Shown: piece by piece, positions 1-13,348 of the stretch | How the letters are laid out: the number at the start of each line of letters is the position of its first letter | Numbering within the stretch: the stretch's first letter is position 1 | Assembly (NCBI GenBank): GCA_026770705.1 | Contig: JANJGN010000008.1 | Coordinates: 171,368,001-171,432,000, forward strand | Length of the DNA: 64,000 bases | Direction: 5' to 3' | DNA from: Isurus oxyrinchus | Lineage: Eukaryota | Made by a program: the position numbers and the translations under genes | The notes under the pieces: generated by a model | Database searches by the model: none | What the model was told of the DNA's origin: nothing | The model's input: only the letters and a program-made list of their open reading frames with translations

Positions 1-768
1 GGAATAAATTTCTCCCCATCTCTGTCCTATAAAAGCAACCCCTAATTTTAAAACAGTGCCCCCCTACTTCTGGACTCACCCACAAGAGGAAACATCCTTT
101 CCACGTCCGCTTTGTCAAGACCATTCAGGATCTTTTATATTTTAATCGAGTCACCCTTCACTCTTCTAAACTCCAGTAGAGACAACCCCAGCCTGTTCAA
201 TCTATCCTCATAAGACAACCTGCTCATTCCAGGCATCAATCTAGTAAACCTCCTCTGAACTGCCTCCATCGCATTTACATCCTTAAATAAGGAGACCAAA
301 ACTGCGCACACTATTCAAGATGTGGTCTCATCAATGCCCTGTATAACTGAAGCCATAAATAAGATCCTTACTTTTAGGTTCAATTTCTCTCGTAATAAAG
401 GATAGCATTCCATTAACCTTCTTGATTACATACTGCACATGCATACTAACTTTTTGTGACTTGTGCAGAGATCCCTTCACACCTTGGAATCCTGCAGTCA
501 TTCTCAATTTGTCATGTTCTGCTTTTTTATTCTTCCTGCCAAAGTGAACAACTGCACATTTTCCCACATTATACTCTATCTGCCAGATTTTTGCTCACTC
601 ACTCTATCTGTCTCTATCCATCTGCAAACTTTTTATGTCTTCTTCACAGCATACTTCCCTATCTATCTTTGTGTCATCTGCAAATTTAGCTACCATGCCT
701 TTACTCCCCTCATCTAAGTCATTGATGTAAATCGTAAAAAGTTGAGGCCCCAGCACAGACTCTGTGCC
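1..768 (-). mobile_element. CR1 LINE fragment (RT C-terminal region), decayed
   Basis: Minus-strand translation KCAVVHFGRKNKKA...VIKKVNGMLSFITREIE matches the typical CR1 ORF2 post-RT motif KCxVxHFGRKN / KANGMLxFI; frameshifted. Confidence 0.85.
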
Positions 769-1578
769 CTGTATTCATTTTGATGCAAGTCATTTTTGAC
801 AAATATACTGATGTTTGTATGTTTAAAGGCTATATCACAAAATATTATGTAACACTTTTAATATCTCATTTGAAAGAACTTATGTTTATGTAATAGTTTT
901 GTGCTAGCACATTTGGATAAAGCACAGTACCCTGTCTTCCCTCCTCCCGTGCCAGTCCCCTTCCTTTATTTCTGGACTCTCCTGCACGTCTCATAGATTT
1001 CCTCAACCACCTCCCCGACTGTTCTATTTTCATTTCATTTACTTAGTCTGTCCCTAGTCAGTTCAAAATATGCTCATTTTACTTAGCCACTTTCACTTCC
1101 ATTACTTCAGCAGACAATTGATAACTCTCTAGAAATAGAATCCTTTTCCTTGCTGTAGTCCCCCTTACCTCTTCATGCGTCATGCATTTCATGACTTACC
1201 CTACAGACTTAGTAGCAGAAAAAATGAAAGAAATCAGCAAGAGAGAGTCACAAAAAAACTAAGAAAATGCAACACATTTATTTTAGAAAGTAGAATAAAT
1301 ATTTTAGGAAATAAAAGGTACCATCAAAACAAGATTACTAAAATCAAGGAATAATAGGTCAAAAGATGAAAAAGGAACACTTTAAAAAAGCATAAAAATA
1401 CAAATTAAAATACATAAAACTAATAACATTAGGAAAAAAACACACCCAACATTGACAGTTAATTTTCAATAACTTAGCCTTCATTAGGTTCTCTACTATA
1501 TTGCACTGAGACAGGCTATCCTGTCCTTTCAAAATTCTGGAGGAACTAACTTCTACCTAAGAGAGTCCTAATGTTAAA

Positions 1579-2042
1579 ATCACAGAATCTCTCAGCCCAT
1601 TGTGATGGCTCTTTAGTACAACTATCCAATTAGTCCTAATCCCATGCTCATTCCCAAGCTCTTTCCCCATAGCCCTGCAAATTTTCATTTTCATGTTATA
1701 TTCCTTTAAATAGCTGCTACTGAAGCTGCTTCTACCACCCTTTCAGATAGTGCACTCCAGGTCATCATAACTCGCTTCTTAAAATAAATTCTCCTTTGGA
1801 TATTCTGTCAATTATTTTGAATCTGTGTCCTTTGGTTACCAACCCACCCACCAATTTATCCTTATTTACTTAATCAATACTCCTCATAATTTTGAGCACC
1901 TCTATTAAATCTCCCCTAACCACCTTTGCTCTAAGCAGAACAATCCTAGATTCTCTAGTTTCTCCTCATACCTGAAGTCTTTCATCGCTGTTATTATTCT
2001 GGCATATCTTCTCTATACCTTCTCCAAGGCCTTGACATCCTT
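1579..2042 (-). mobile_element. CR1 LINE 3' end fragment
   Basis: Similar by eye to the CR1 3' ends at 1-300 and 5940-6427 (ctttccccatagccctgcaa, tctccaaggccttgacatcc). Confidence 0.65.
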
Positions 2043-2590
2043 TGTTGATTTTTGTTTCTGTGTTTCTTTCATATTTTTGCTGCAAAAATATTTATGGGTG
2101 TACATCCTTCACAGTATTACTTTTATTTGTGAAGGAGGGTCAAGCTGCAAATTCAGCCAATTACCCATATTATTTTTTAAAATCCTATATCCCCAGAATC
2201 CTTGTCAATAGCCCCTTTATTTTGTAGGGCTGCCATTCTGCCTTTTATTGCATATTGCTAAAATTACTGATGTCCTGTAACAAAACAATTTGTTATAGCT
2301 CAGGTCTATTCAGAAATTAGCATTTTCACTGCCTTTGGAATTCTTTATATAAAACTGCCACAATCAGGCATCAGATCAAGCTACATTGAATCTGGAAATA
2401 CACCAGATTTGTCGAGGGAAATGCCACTGCCCCAGATCACTTGTCCTAGTTATTACTGGGAAGTCCTTGTCAAAAACATTACGGCCTTATCCTCTCACTG
2501 AAGCATTGTGAGAATGTATTTGCTATGTTAATAGGTTTGTGATATTATAAATGTGTTATGCAAAGGAATTAATCACCAATGTATTAATAG

Positions 2591-2662
2591 AAAGGAAGCG
2601 GAGCCATTATAAATACAATGAAGACAAAGGCGAATCCTGCGATGAAGACTGTGTATAAGTTT
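2591..2662 (+). CDS. DENND1A: DENND1A internal exon (KGSGAIINTMKTKANPAMKTVYKF)
   Basis: ag|...|gtaagt boundaries, 72 nt, phase 0. Peptide nearly identical to recalled vertebrate DENND1A KGSGAILNTVKTKANPAMKTVYKF and distinct from DENND1B. Confidence 0.95.
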
Positions 2663-3149
2663 GTAAGTAGGCAATTTTAATATGGTTGAGAAAGATGGAG
2701 TTTTACGTTTTTGTGAATTTAAGTAAATTAGTTTACGATGATCCTATCTGGATAAGTACAAGAGACTGATATTCATTAAGATAAGTTGCATCTTGTTGAA
2801 ATATTTATCTTCAGTGACTGTACAGTCATGCGTTTCTAAGTGAAGAGCTGGTCTTATTATTGGGAATCTTCAAAAGCTCATTAGCAATATATTTCAACGT
2901 TTTGCTTGATTGGGGTAGGAGTTACAAGTGAACTCGCAAGGCAGTACTTCTCTAGTTTCTGATTGAACCCTGGTTCAAAAAAGAACAAGTGTCATTTGGC
3001 TCAGAAGATAATTTTTTGGGCATCCATGCCCTGGTGGGCCTTTTTTTCTCCTCTCAGGCTACATGAATTACAGTATTCATCTTCCAGATATCTGTTATTA
3101 TAGGAAGGATAGGACATGACATAACAGGAGGTGAGGTGGAGCAGAGAAT

Positions 3150-3410
3150 GCGAAGAGATTTAATAAATTTTTTTTAAAAATTATTATATAGGGTTTTGAT
3201 TGGGTGAAAAGGTTATTGTCTCTGGTTGAGGAGTCAATGATTAGGGATTATCAAGTTAAAACTCTCTGATAGAGTGAGGAGAAAAACTGTGAAAACCTTT
3301 CCTTTTTTACACTTAAGGTTTTTGGAACGGAGCTGTTGAGGCAAGGACCATTACAACTTTTAAAGGGAAAAGTGGATTAAATGTTTGAAGCAGATCCATG
3401 GATTATCTAA
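3150..3410 (+). mobile_element. Highly decayed CR1 3' fragment
   Basis: Motifs gatttaata...gggttttgat...gttgaggcaaggaccattacaacttttaaaggg resemble the CR1 ORF2 end. Confidence 0.45.
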
Positions 3411-4106
3411 AAAAAATAGCCACTATAAACACAACGGACTGAAAACTATTCCTGTGATTCAATGTTAAGTTGACATCAATATCGAAAGTGTTATCTTGAT
3501 GGTCATCTGGGGACAGTGTAATAAGGCTTCCTCTAAGATTCCCCAGTAGACTTTTCCTTTACCTATTGGGGCTGATCATCTAGATGTCTATAGGTGCTGC
3601 CAAGGGAAGGAAAACACAGGTGCCTGTGCAGAAGGTGTGAAAGGTCTCAAAGGACCATTACTTAACTTGTTTACAAATTCTTCTGCTGAACCTCATTATT
3701 AGGCCACTGCAGCAAGTGATACAGATTATGATGGAGAACATAAAATTAGTATGCAGTGTCAGAAGTAACAAGCCCCTGGAAACCATGGTACAAGCTTATT
3801 CTATATGGCTACCTGTATTCATCATAAAACAGTTGAGAAAGACTATGTAGACACTATGGCTTCTATTGAGCCAATTACATTGTGAATTAGCTTAAGATTT
3901 CCATATATGTGTTTCAGCCTACACCATCTGCATCCAGTCACAACTTTAGTGCTGTTTCTAGCCCAAGGGCTGAACCTTTTTGTTGCAGAGCATTCTATGG
4001 CTAAGAATGTTCTTTTGCGGGATATTTCCTCTATACTTTTATTTCTCCATCTGAATCAGTCCTTTTTTGCAAGATATTGTGTACAGATTTAGCAAATATT
4101 TTATTT

Positions 4107-4213
4107 CTGATGAAAGATCATTAACCTGTTTTTCTCTGCAAAGACCTGCTCAGTATTTCCAGCATTTTATGTTTTTCTTTCAGATTTTCTTCATCCACAG
4201 TATTTTGCTTTTG
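4107..4213 (+). mobile_element. Old Penelope-type terminal repeat remnant
   Basis: ctgatgaaagatca...gacctgctcagtatttccagcatttt...cagtattttgctttt resembles the elements at 35.5, 52.7 and 60.6 kb. Confidence 0.55.
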
Positions 4214-4516
4214 AATTAGCAGATCTTTTATTTGGCAAAGAATGTTTGCATCAAAAGAATAGAAATGTTTCAGTGCTTTTAATTTTGACTTGATAGAATA
4301 CTGACTTCATAGTAAACACTGGACAATCTTGAAATGTCCGTCAGTATTTAAAAGTTTACAATTTTTCCCTGAACTTTGAGTTCTTTATATTTTCTCTCCT
4401 TGAATTGTTCCAAAGTACCAGAAATAGAAATGGCTTAATAGCAAGCTTTGTTGCTATTGGAGACCGATGAAGTACTATGAAGAGGTTTTAACTTGAATTC
4501 TCTTCTGCAATACTAG

Positions 4517-4573
4517 GCAAAAGATCATGCAAAAATGGGAATAAAAGAGGTGAAAAATCGTTTGAAGCAAAAG
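4517..4573 (+). CDS. DENND1A: DENND1A internal exon (AKDHAKMGIKEVKNRLKQK)
   Basis: ctag|gca...aag|gtactt, 57 nt, phase 0; peptide matches recalled DENND1A sequence. Confidence 0.95.
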
Positions 4574-5124
4574 GTACTTTCTTTTTCTTCTAACAAAGTG
4601 TTCTGCATTAAGTACCAAACCAGTAAATGTATCATCTGATCAAAATGAAATTGTTTGAAACACTGTTATGACCACACTTGAAAATGCATTAACAGAGATG
4701 GTGTTGAGTGGGCTTTTAGAAAAATATGGAAAGAAGCCCAAGGCCTCTTAATCCAAAAAGGCTATATTGTTTCTACCTGAGCTTTAATCTGATATCTGCG
4801 CAGATGGTTAAAGCTTAAGTTAAATGGTGGGTAAAGCTCTCTCTTAATGCCCCAGCAACAGGCCTTAATCTAAACCTCAAATTCACAAGAGCAACCCTGC
4901 TGAACTGTTATGTATGCTTCTATTTATTACAACGCTGAACTTTGTGTTCTGCTTGAGTGAGAATACTGCACCAATTAGTGACTTGTAGTTAGTTTGCATC
5001 CTGTACACTACTGTTCACTTAATAAGAGGTTGAGACTGCACAAACTCATTTCACATTGGACTCTATCCTGTCTCTAAATGGCTTTAGATATGAAGGGGTG
5101 GTGTTCTAACCAGTTCCAAATGTG

Positions 5125-5510
5125 CTAAAGTATTCAAGGCATTTCACAAGAGTGTAACCAAACAAAATTGACACCAAGTCAAAGATGGGAGATATTAGTA
5201 GGGTAACTAAAAACTTGGTCAAAGAGATGAGCTTTTAGAAGAGTCTTAAATGAGAAAAGAAAAGTAGAGGTGGAGAGTGCAGGGTTTATTGAGATCCAGA
5301 GTGTCAGATCTGGACAGCTGAAGTAGTGGAGCAAAGGGAGATAGAGATTTACAAGAGGCCAGAGTTGGAAGGTTAGAGAGTTCATTGGGGTGAGGTGGGT
5401 GGTGGTTCCTGGTTAGAGAAGGCCACAGATAGAAGGGGCAAGACCAGGAAATGATTCTAAACAGAAGCATGTGAATTTAAAATTAGAGACGTTGTTGGTT
5501 TGGGAGCTAA
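5125..5510 (-). mobile_element. L2-type LINE 3' fragment
   Basis: Minus-strand FKTLLKAHLFDQVF matches the L2 ORF2 C-terminal motif FKxLLKTxLFDQAF. Confidence 0.7.
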
Positions 5511-5544
5511 TGGCTCAGAAATTGGAAGTACAATTTCAAAATTT

Positions 5545-6427
5545 GAAGATGGGCTAGTTAATACAGAGGAAACCTAACAAATTACAGGACAGCATTAATT
5601 AACTTACAGAATGAGTGTGTTATTGGCAAATGAATGCCAAAGTAGGCAAGCGTGAGGTGGTGCATTTTAGAAAGAAGAATAAGGAGGTTGCATATGCCTT
5701 GGAAAATAATATCTAAATGGGGTAGAGGAGCAGAGGCATTTTGTGGGTGAAAGTACACATCACTAGAAGTAGCAACACAGGTTAATAAGACCATTAAAAA
5801 AGCAAACAAAACAATGGGGTTCACTTCTAGAGGGATAGAGCAGAAAAGTAGGGAAGTTATGAGAAACTTGTATAGAACCTTGGTTAGACTACGCATAGCA
5901 CTGTGAACAGTTCAGGTGTCCATATTTTTTTTTAAAAGGATGTAGAGGCCTGGAGAAGGTGCAAACCAGATTTACTAGGATGATTCTAGAACTGAGAGGT
6001 TATACCAGTTAGGAAAGACCAAACAGGCTGGACTTTCTTCCACGAGTAAAGGGAAGACCGAGGGGTGACCGGATAGAGGTCTTTAAGATTGAGAGGTTTT
6101 TGACATGGGTAGACATAGAGATGATTCCACTTGCAGGGGGTATCAGAACTGCAGGGCATGATATAAGATAGCCACTAATGAATCCATTTGGGAATTTAGA
6201 TTGAAACTTCCTAACCAGAGAGTAGTTAGAATGTGAAATTCGCTACCACATGGAGTAGTTGAGGCAAATAGCAAAGATCATCTCAAGGGAAACTGGATAA
6301 CCACAAGTGAGAAAGGAATAGGAGGATATGTTGATGAGGTTAGATAAAGAAGGATAGGAGGAGACTTATGTGGAGCACAACACCTGTTGGCTGAATGGCC
6401 TGTTTCTGTGCTGTAAGCACTGTGTAA
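5545..6427 (+). mobile_element. CR1 LINE 3' portion with tail
   Basis: gaggtggtgcattttagaaagaagaat, ctggagaaggtgcaa...tttactaggatgatt and the tail ggctgaatggcctgtttctgtgctgta are typical of CR1. Confidence 0.85.
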
Positions 6428-6473
6428 TACACCACAATTCCCTATTGACTACAGAGGGAAAGAGCACCTAAAA

Positions 6474-7103
6474 CAGGGGTGGAGAACCTCTGGCCCTGGG
6501 GCCAGATGCAGCCTGTTGAACTTTTTCATCTGGCATGTGGGGAGATTTCAAAATCGCCCCCCCCCCGCCCGCACATGCTGCACTCTAGGCTAGCTGTCAC
6601 CATGTTCTGATGCCTGAGCTTTGGCCACAGTCACCCAAGACCCAGGCTGTGGACAGAGAGTGAGGCCCAAGATCTGGAAGCAGTAGGTGCAGGGTAGGAA
6701 CGGGAAGCTGCCGGCTGCCGACTAAGTGGCAAATTGTGAGTAATCGGGGCAGGGGAGAAAGGGAGCAGGACACCAAGGACAGAGTGGGAAAGGAAAGAGA
6801 GAGAGAGAGAAAGAGAGACACAGACTAAGTGGGAAAGGAGAGGCAGAGGGAGAGAGAATGGGAGAGATAAGCAAGCAAAATGTTGAGCTGAGTTTCAGGA
6901 GTGCTGTGATTGAGACACAGAAACTGTGCTACTCGTTAAGGAAAAGCAAACTCAGCCATCTCATTAAAGCAGTGGGTGAGTTGAATGTTTCTGTATTCTG
7001 TCTTAGAAAAAAATTAATTAAGTTGGTTTTTATGTGTGTGTGGCCCACGACTAATTTTGTCTGTGTGAGTGGACCTTGGTAAGAAAAAGGTTCCCCACCC
7101 CTG
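6474..7103. mobile_element. Non-autonomous hAT (Charlie-like) DNA transposon
   Basis: TIRs caggggtggagaacct / aggttccccacccctg (15/16). Decayed 8-bp TSD acctaaaa / atctataa fits the NTCTAGAN preference. Confidence 0.8.
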
Positions 7104-7574
7104 ATCTATAACAAAGAATTTGGTTTCACACCAGTGTTAGCCACCTTTTGCACACAGCCTGTAAACCTACACCCAGAAACAATCAAGGAGGCATCAGCAG
7201 ATGTGAGACATCATTTGCTTACAATGGTCTTGATGTGGATCATGTCACCACACCCCTGATGGCACCTGGCTTTAAATTTTGCAAAAGAAAACAACAGATA
7301 ACCTGAGGCGTCAAAACTCAACAACTCAAAAATGTGTAAAAACATACAAAAAATCAAATCCTGAAAATAAATCTCTCATTAACTACATTCACACTACCTA
7401 CTCTCAATCCTTAAGTATTGATGTTTGCCTAAATGCATAATTTAACAACATTTTTAAAAATGTTATTTTCCCACATTTCAAAAATGTTTCATTGTTGCAA
7501 GCTTGTTAGAAACTTGCTTCCACACTGCAAACAGATTACACGACTCAACATCACTTCATCACCATCTTCAGTCC

Positions 7575-8020
7575 TCCGTTGGAAGGCAGGCCCGACCCAC
7601 AGCGCCGTGATCTCCACCACGGCTACGGCAAAGAGGCAAGTCCCAAATCCACCCCAGCCAGAACGGGTATTGTGGAATGTGCTGTGGGCATCAATCTGAT
7701 TTCCACACCGACTATCCAGCCAACTGGCCCCCCAACCAGTCCGAGTGCTGTGGCAACGTGGACTTTTACAAATGTGTTTGGAGCTATGAATAGTGATGGC
7801 AGAGGCTCCAATTTTCTTGCCATTACATGGCTGACCAGGAATCTCTCCTGCTCTTACAGCCTGCCACTGGCATATGTTAGAAGGATTTGAAGATTGATTC
7901 TCAACCCATTTGAACACACTCATGTTCCTTGGCCATCAAGCCCTGGAGTGGGACTTGTGTACCTGGAGCTTCTGGCTTAAATGTAGGGACACTACCCACT
8001 GTGCCAGAAGACTCCTCTCA
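7575..8020 (-). mobile_element. Two decayed tRNA-head SINE fragments
   Basis: Minus strand near 8015 reads tggcacagtgggtagtgtccc...caagtcccactcc (A-box/B-box-like); a second GC-rich SINE-like body lies at 7575-7735. Confidence 0.45.
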
Positions 8021-9082
8021 CTATCGCTATCACAATAACTTCAAGTCCACACCCAGGTAGGGTGGCATGAACCTCAGAGCCTGGTGAACAAATCAAACCA
8101 TGTGGTCACTTTATATCTTTATAGTAAAATGTATGAACCTAAGTTAGCTGCTCCATTCCTCCATTTGAAATAATGCTTTAAAAAACTAAGCTAAACTTAA
8201 CTACCTGTTATAAAAATAGAATTCCTGTGGTATGCTTCATTAACCAATTTGCTGAAATTTTACTTAATGGAAATTGTAATCTAATTCCTAAACTGTCCTG
8301 CAGAATTCTGTCAAAAATTCTGAACCGAACCATCTCACTGTTTTAACAGAAGTAGAAGCTTGGATTGGACAATAATAAGCATTTTGCTAACATTGCTAAA
8401 ATGCTGACCTTTTGCACCATATGCACCAGTTCGATATTGAGGTTAAATCTTTGCCTAACCATAGTGGCCCAGGTGCACACCTGCCACTCTCGCTGAGCCA
8501 CTTATTTTGGTTTAAAAATGCAGCAAATTTTAAGGGATCTTATTCTTTAAAAAAAAATTCCACATATTTATGTGAGCTATCAAGCTATTTCTAATCATAA
8601 ATCTCACGCCTAACATTTCCCTGACCCTGACAGCTTTCCAGACATTCAGGGGCTGATCTTTGTCTGCTGTCTACCACAATTCCTGATGAGAATGAGGCAA
8701 CAATGGCACATTAATCAGCAATACTCGCATTTATAATTGTGTTAGCTACAATAGTTATTCTGATATCAGTCTAACACTTGCTAAAAACGGGTTTGAACTT
8801 ATCTGATCCTACATCTCAATCTCCCTTGATGTGTATTAAGAGAAGATACTCATTGATTAATGAATTGTTCTTCTCTATTCCACGCTGACAGTTCAATACA
8901 GTTATGTCTTTGTTTGCAGTAAGTGATTGATATGTCACTGGCTGTGACTTTTTTTTATACTTTTCTTGTGTTCCTAACGTCATAATGCTTAGACAGCTTT
9001 TTCCCATAGTACCTTCTCTTCGCCCCTTACCCTTAATCAGGAATGTTCCTGGCTGTGTAAATCACTTTTTCCTACCATGCAG

Positions 9083-9214
9083 GAAATGGCAGAAAATGGC
9101 TACTCTGTGGCAGGTGACGATATCCATCAAAAGAGTATCACATCCCCGCTGTCTGAGAAGAAAGAAGGCAAGCAGCGAGAGGACCGACAACCAATAACTG
9201 TGCACTTTGGACAG
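9083..9214 (+). CDS. DENND1A: DENND1A internal exon (EMAENGYSVAGDDIHQKSITSPLSEKKEGKQREDRQPITVHFGQ)
   Basis: Pyrimidine tract + tgcag|gaa ... cag|gtatgt, 132 nt, phase 0; ends in the DENND1A-diagnostic EDRxPITVHFGQ. Confidence 0.95.
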
Positions 9215-9754
9215 GTATGTAGTTGAATTGACCTTGCTGCAAGGACCCGAGGAAGGAACATAATCACAAAAAGTGGCATTTTATTTCATGTCATTCTGCT
9301 TTTTAGACCTTTTAGGAGACTAATTGCACATAAATGAAGTGACTCCTTTCATTGCGCTCCTCACAATTTTTCCTCCTTTTGCTGTGCCCTTTGCTTTTTC
9401 TTATTTAATTGCCAAGAGCAGGCAGTCGCTGCTTATTTAGCTTCCTCTCTTTCTGTGATGTTCTGTTCCTTGTAACAATTATGAATCGATTATGCTGTGA
9501 TGAACTCATGGCACTATTAGTTAAGCATTGAAGTTGGCGTTAATGGAGATAAGCTTTACATGGAAATTGCAGCATGCTTCACAGAGAAATTTCAGTTTTA
9601 ATAACTGCGTTACAATTGTTTGGAAAGTGCAATCCAAAATCTAAATTTGCTACCATTGGGATATCATAGTGAAAATATCCATACATCAAACAGTTGTTAG
9701 TATTATACCAGAGGCTAGCATTTGCAGTAAGAATGAATTTTTAAATTTATTTTT

Positions 9755-10495
9755 GAGATATGGGCCTCGCTGGAAAGAGCAGCATTTATTGTCCAGCTCT
9801 AGTTGCCTTTGAGAAGGTGGTAAGCCTTCATCTTGAACCATTGCAGTTCATTGGGGGGAAGGTGCTGCCACATTGCTGTTAGGGAGGGAGTTCCCAGATT
9901 TTGACCCAACAATGACAAAGGACTGACAATAGATATCCATGGTACATGACTTGGAGTTGATGCTGTTCCCGTGCACCTGCTGCCTTTGTCCGTCTAGGTG
10001 GTGGAGGTTGAGGGCTCTGGAGGTGCTGCTGGAGAAACCTTGACTAGTTTCTGCAGTTCATCCTGTAGATAGTGCACATTGGAGCTTCGGTGTGAAAGGA
10101 AGTCAGTGTTTAAGGCAGTGGATGAGGCACAAATCAAGTGGATTGCTTTGTCCTGAACGATGTCATGCTTCTTGCGTGATGTTGCAGTTGCACTCATTCA
10201 TGCCAGTATTCCATCACACTCTTGATTCCCCAAACTCAGATCTCTAGTAGCCACGGCATTTATGTGGCTAGTTCAGTTATGTTTCTGGCAAATGGTGATC
10301 ACCAGACTATTGGTGGTGGAATATTCAACAATGTTAATGCCATTGAATGTCAAGGAAAGGTGATTAGGTTCCTTGTTGTTGGAGATGGTCATTACCAAAT
10401 GCTTGTGTGAGGCAAGTGCTATTCGCCACTGATCACTGCAGGCCTGGTTTTGACCAGGGTATGCTGCATGTTTGTACAGACAGCTTTGATATCTG
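9755..10495 (-). mobile_element. CR1-group LINE 3' part (GLQRFKKAAHHHLLKG-type tail family)
   Basis: gcatttattgtcc...gagaaggtgg...cttgaacc matches copies at 17140, 30600 and 63670; RT-like LSLTFNGINI on the minus strand. Confidence 0.75.
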
Positions 10496-11270
10496 GCAAA
10501 TTGCATGTTTGTACATGAAATCCAAAATGTGTGCATATTCGGATTGTAGCTAAGTTATTCACCTGTTTTTCACAAAATTATATAAAGTATATAGAAAATA
10601 AACCTGATGATGACAGGTTTTGAATGGCTGACAAAATTCTCAGGACTATAGGTAATATATGTCATGTTTTAAACTAGAGTGCTGCAAGTTCAACAGGGAC
10701 TTCTCTCATTCTACACAAAAATAACTCTTGGAACAGAAATTTCAAGATCAGTGTGACCTATTATCCAGAAAGAGTATTAATTGTGGAGGAGCTGTGGAAA
10801 GAGAATGGAATTTTACGATGCCTGAAGTAGGGGGTTTAATTTATTTGGGACAGCTTTTAGGAAGCAGCAACAATAAACATTTATACAAAGCCTTTAACAT
10901 CTTTTCTTTTTATTGACACTGACTGACATGATGTATGTTTTATTTCAGAATTCTAGCATTAACTTTTTTTCCTTTCTTAAAATCAGTGTTCACTGTTAGT
11001 TCTCAGTCAGGCCATGAGGTGAGACATGTTACTGAATTAATGGAAAATACTGGATGTAGGAAGTGAACTGGATAAGGCTTTTATTTACCTATATGGTGAT
11101 GATTTTATTACCAGTGTGGGAACTCTCCAATATCCAATGTTCCTTTCAGCTATCATCAATGCAGTATTTAACATACTGTTTATAATCATTACAAAATGAA
11201 TTTTGTTGTTAGCATTTTTCTTTTTAATTTTGAGAAATCAAAAGTACAAGTCACCCTTAAATAATTATTA

Positions 11271-12225
11271 GATCCCACAGATTTCTCAGCAACCCACCCA
11301 AATGTCTGTAAGCACTGTGAGTCAGCCAATCTCATTGAAACTCACAAGAGACTTCAAACTTTTCACTTTCGAAGATCAAGCTTCTGAATTCCCTCAAAAC
11401 TGCTCCAGTGCAGACTGTCTGAACAACTGCATACCTCCCTGCATTTCAATCTCAACTCCTGAGATCCTGTTTCTCTGGATTTCCGACTCTGCACTCCAGA
11501 CACTACTAGCACAATTTCAGCTCTTTAATAACCAGTTAGCATCACTGGGCTGGTACTGCCCCTAAATTTCACCAGCTCAAATCTCCCCAGCTACACCAAG
11601 CTATAAATGGCTCCCAAGGCTTCTCCCCTTTCCAGCATGGGGCCAGTGACCATCTTCCACCTTCTCAGCTCCCCAAGATTTCTCCTGAGCTATAAATACG
11701 CAGAGCTATCAAACGGCTCCTGGGACTTCTTCTGAGTCCCAGCTACACAGAGCCGGCTAAACAGCAACACTTCTGCTGCTAACAGCAGCAGCTTTTCGGT
11801 ATGGCCTTTTCCCCTGCTGCAGAAGGCACGCCTCCCCAGAAATCTCACAGATAAATTAAAACCTTAGAACCTTCTTAAGCTCCACCCATCTATTTGATGA
11901 CAAAGCCTCCCAAGGCTCACTGAATGCTTTTAAATTAATTGTTGTTTTCATTCCCAAAACAAAACATCTCTCTGGGTTGCATTTCTTTGCAAGCAGTGTA
12001 AACACTCGGTCTCCAATTCTCCAGCTAAGTAAGCCCACCTGCTTTTTTATGATCTTATCTTTCTAGTTTTTTTTAAATCAACATGGTCCCATCCTTTTCG
12101 GTGTAATAGACTCCAAGCTGCTTTAGTTGCATTTATCCCATTTTCCATAGTTAACTTTAATCTTCCCAAAAGTAAAAATTACCTCTGATGTAGTATGATG
12201 GACCATGAACTAGGCATTTATAACA
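11271..12225 (-). repeat. 3' LTR (truncated at its distal end)
   Basis: Colinear with 15635-16726 (e.g. gaagatcaagc.tctgaattccctc; ccaattctccagctaagtaagcccacctgct; ctaggcattta). On the minus strand it begins TGTTATA, preceded by ...tctgggagg. Confidence 0.85.
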
Positions 12226-13034
12226 CCTCCCAGAAAAAGAAAAATAAAAATGCATCACCAACTATATGTTATATAATTTAAACCTACTCTAAGCATGCAG
12301 TATATACAAAAGTCAGCCCTCCTTTTTCCAATAAAATTCACAAGTCCATCAGCACTCTGATGAATTCAATGTCCTGTTTAAGATGAAAAATATTATTTTT
12401 TTACAGCATTTTCTGTAAGTTTTCTTAACTTTATTATAGTTCAAAGGTCCATCTGCAGCAGAAGATTCCCTAGCAGGTTATGCACAAGCGAATTTTCAAG
12501 CTCAGTCTTTAAAACTGTGCTGCTTCCATCTTTTGACCTTTATTGTCCTCCACACCTGTAGCTTTCTCATCTCTAAACTCTACATTGCAGTTATGTCCAC
12601 AGTCAAATTGTCACCATCTTCTTTAGCTGTACTCGTATCTTCCATTTTCCAGACTCAAACAAGTAAAATTCTCATTTTGAGAAAAGAAGTTCAAAAGTTT
12701 TGTGCCAACAGCTCTGCTCCTTCTTTGATCAAAATCTTTCTTCACCGCTTTAAAAATGTCATTTAGATGCTTTTTATGCTCAAGAACGAAGGTCTCATAT
12801 TCCTGTTTGATCTGATTTTTAAATAATTTGTATCTTTCAATTTTTCCTGATCCCATTCATAATGAATTTTATTTAATTCTTTCCAAGCAATATTAACCTC
12901 TTCATTTAAGCTTCTTCATTTTGGACTTTTATGTTCTTTCCAATACTTGACATCTTCCATGCAAGTCACAAAGTGTATCATTCCACTCCTCTCGGGGTTT
13001 TAGACAGCCTTTTCTGAACTGTTCACTTAGACCG

Positions 13035-13192
13035 TAAGACATAGGCGCAGAAATTAGGCCATTTGGCCATCAAGTCTGCTCCGCTATTCAATCATGGCTG
13101 ATAAGTTTCTCAACCCCATTCTCCCGCCTTCGCCCTGTAACCTTTGGTCCCCTTACCAATCAAGAACCTATCTATCTCAGTCTTAAATACAC
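13035..13192 (-). mobile_element. Short CR1/SINE 3' tail inserted in the LTR element
   Basis: taagacataggcgcagaaattaggccatttggcc...tcaatcatggctgat...aacctatctatctcagtcttaaata is a reverse-oriented CR1-type tail. Confidence 0.7.
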
Positions 13193-13348
13193 AATACCTG
13201 GATTCCTGCTGCTGCCTCCTGTATCTCAACGCTCGCAAGTACTTGTCATTTGATGTTAGGAGTCATTGACCCTTCCCACCTCCGTCCTTTCCGTTGAAAA
13301 TTTTTATTAGGCAATTCTGCAGCATTTCTGCTGCCTTTGTATTGTCTG

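Noticed and set aside
7433-7923. Cluster of 66-144 aa ORFs
   Set aside because: Overlap GC-rich SINE-like remnants; no recognisable domain or splice context.
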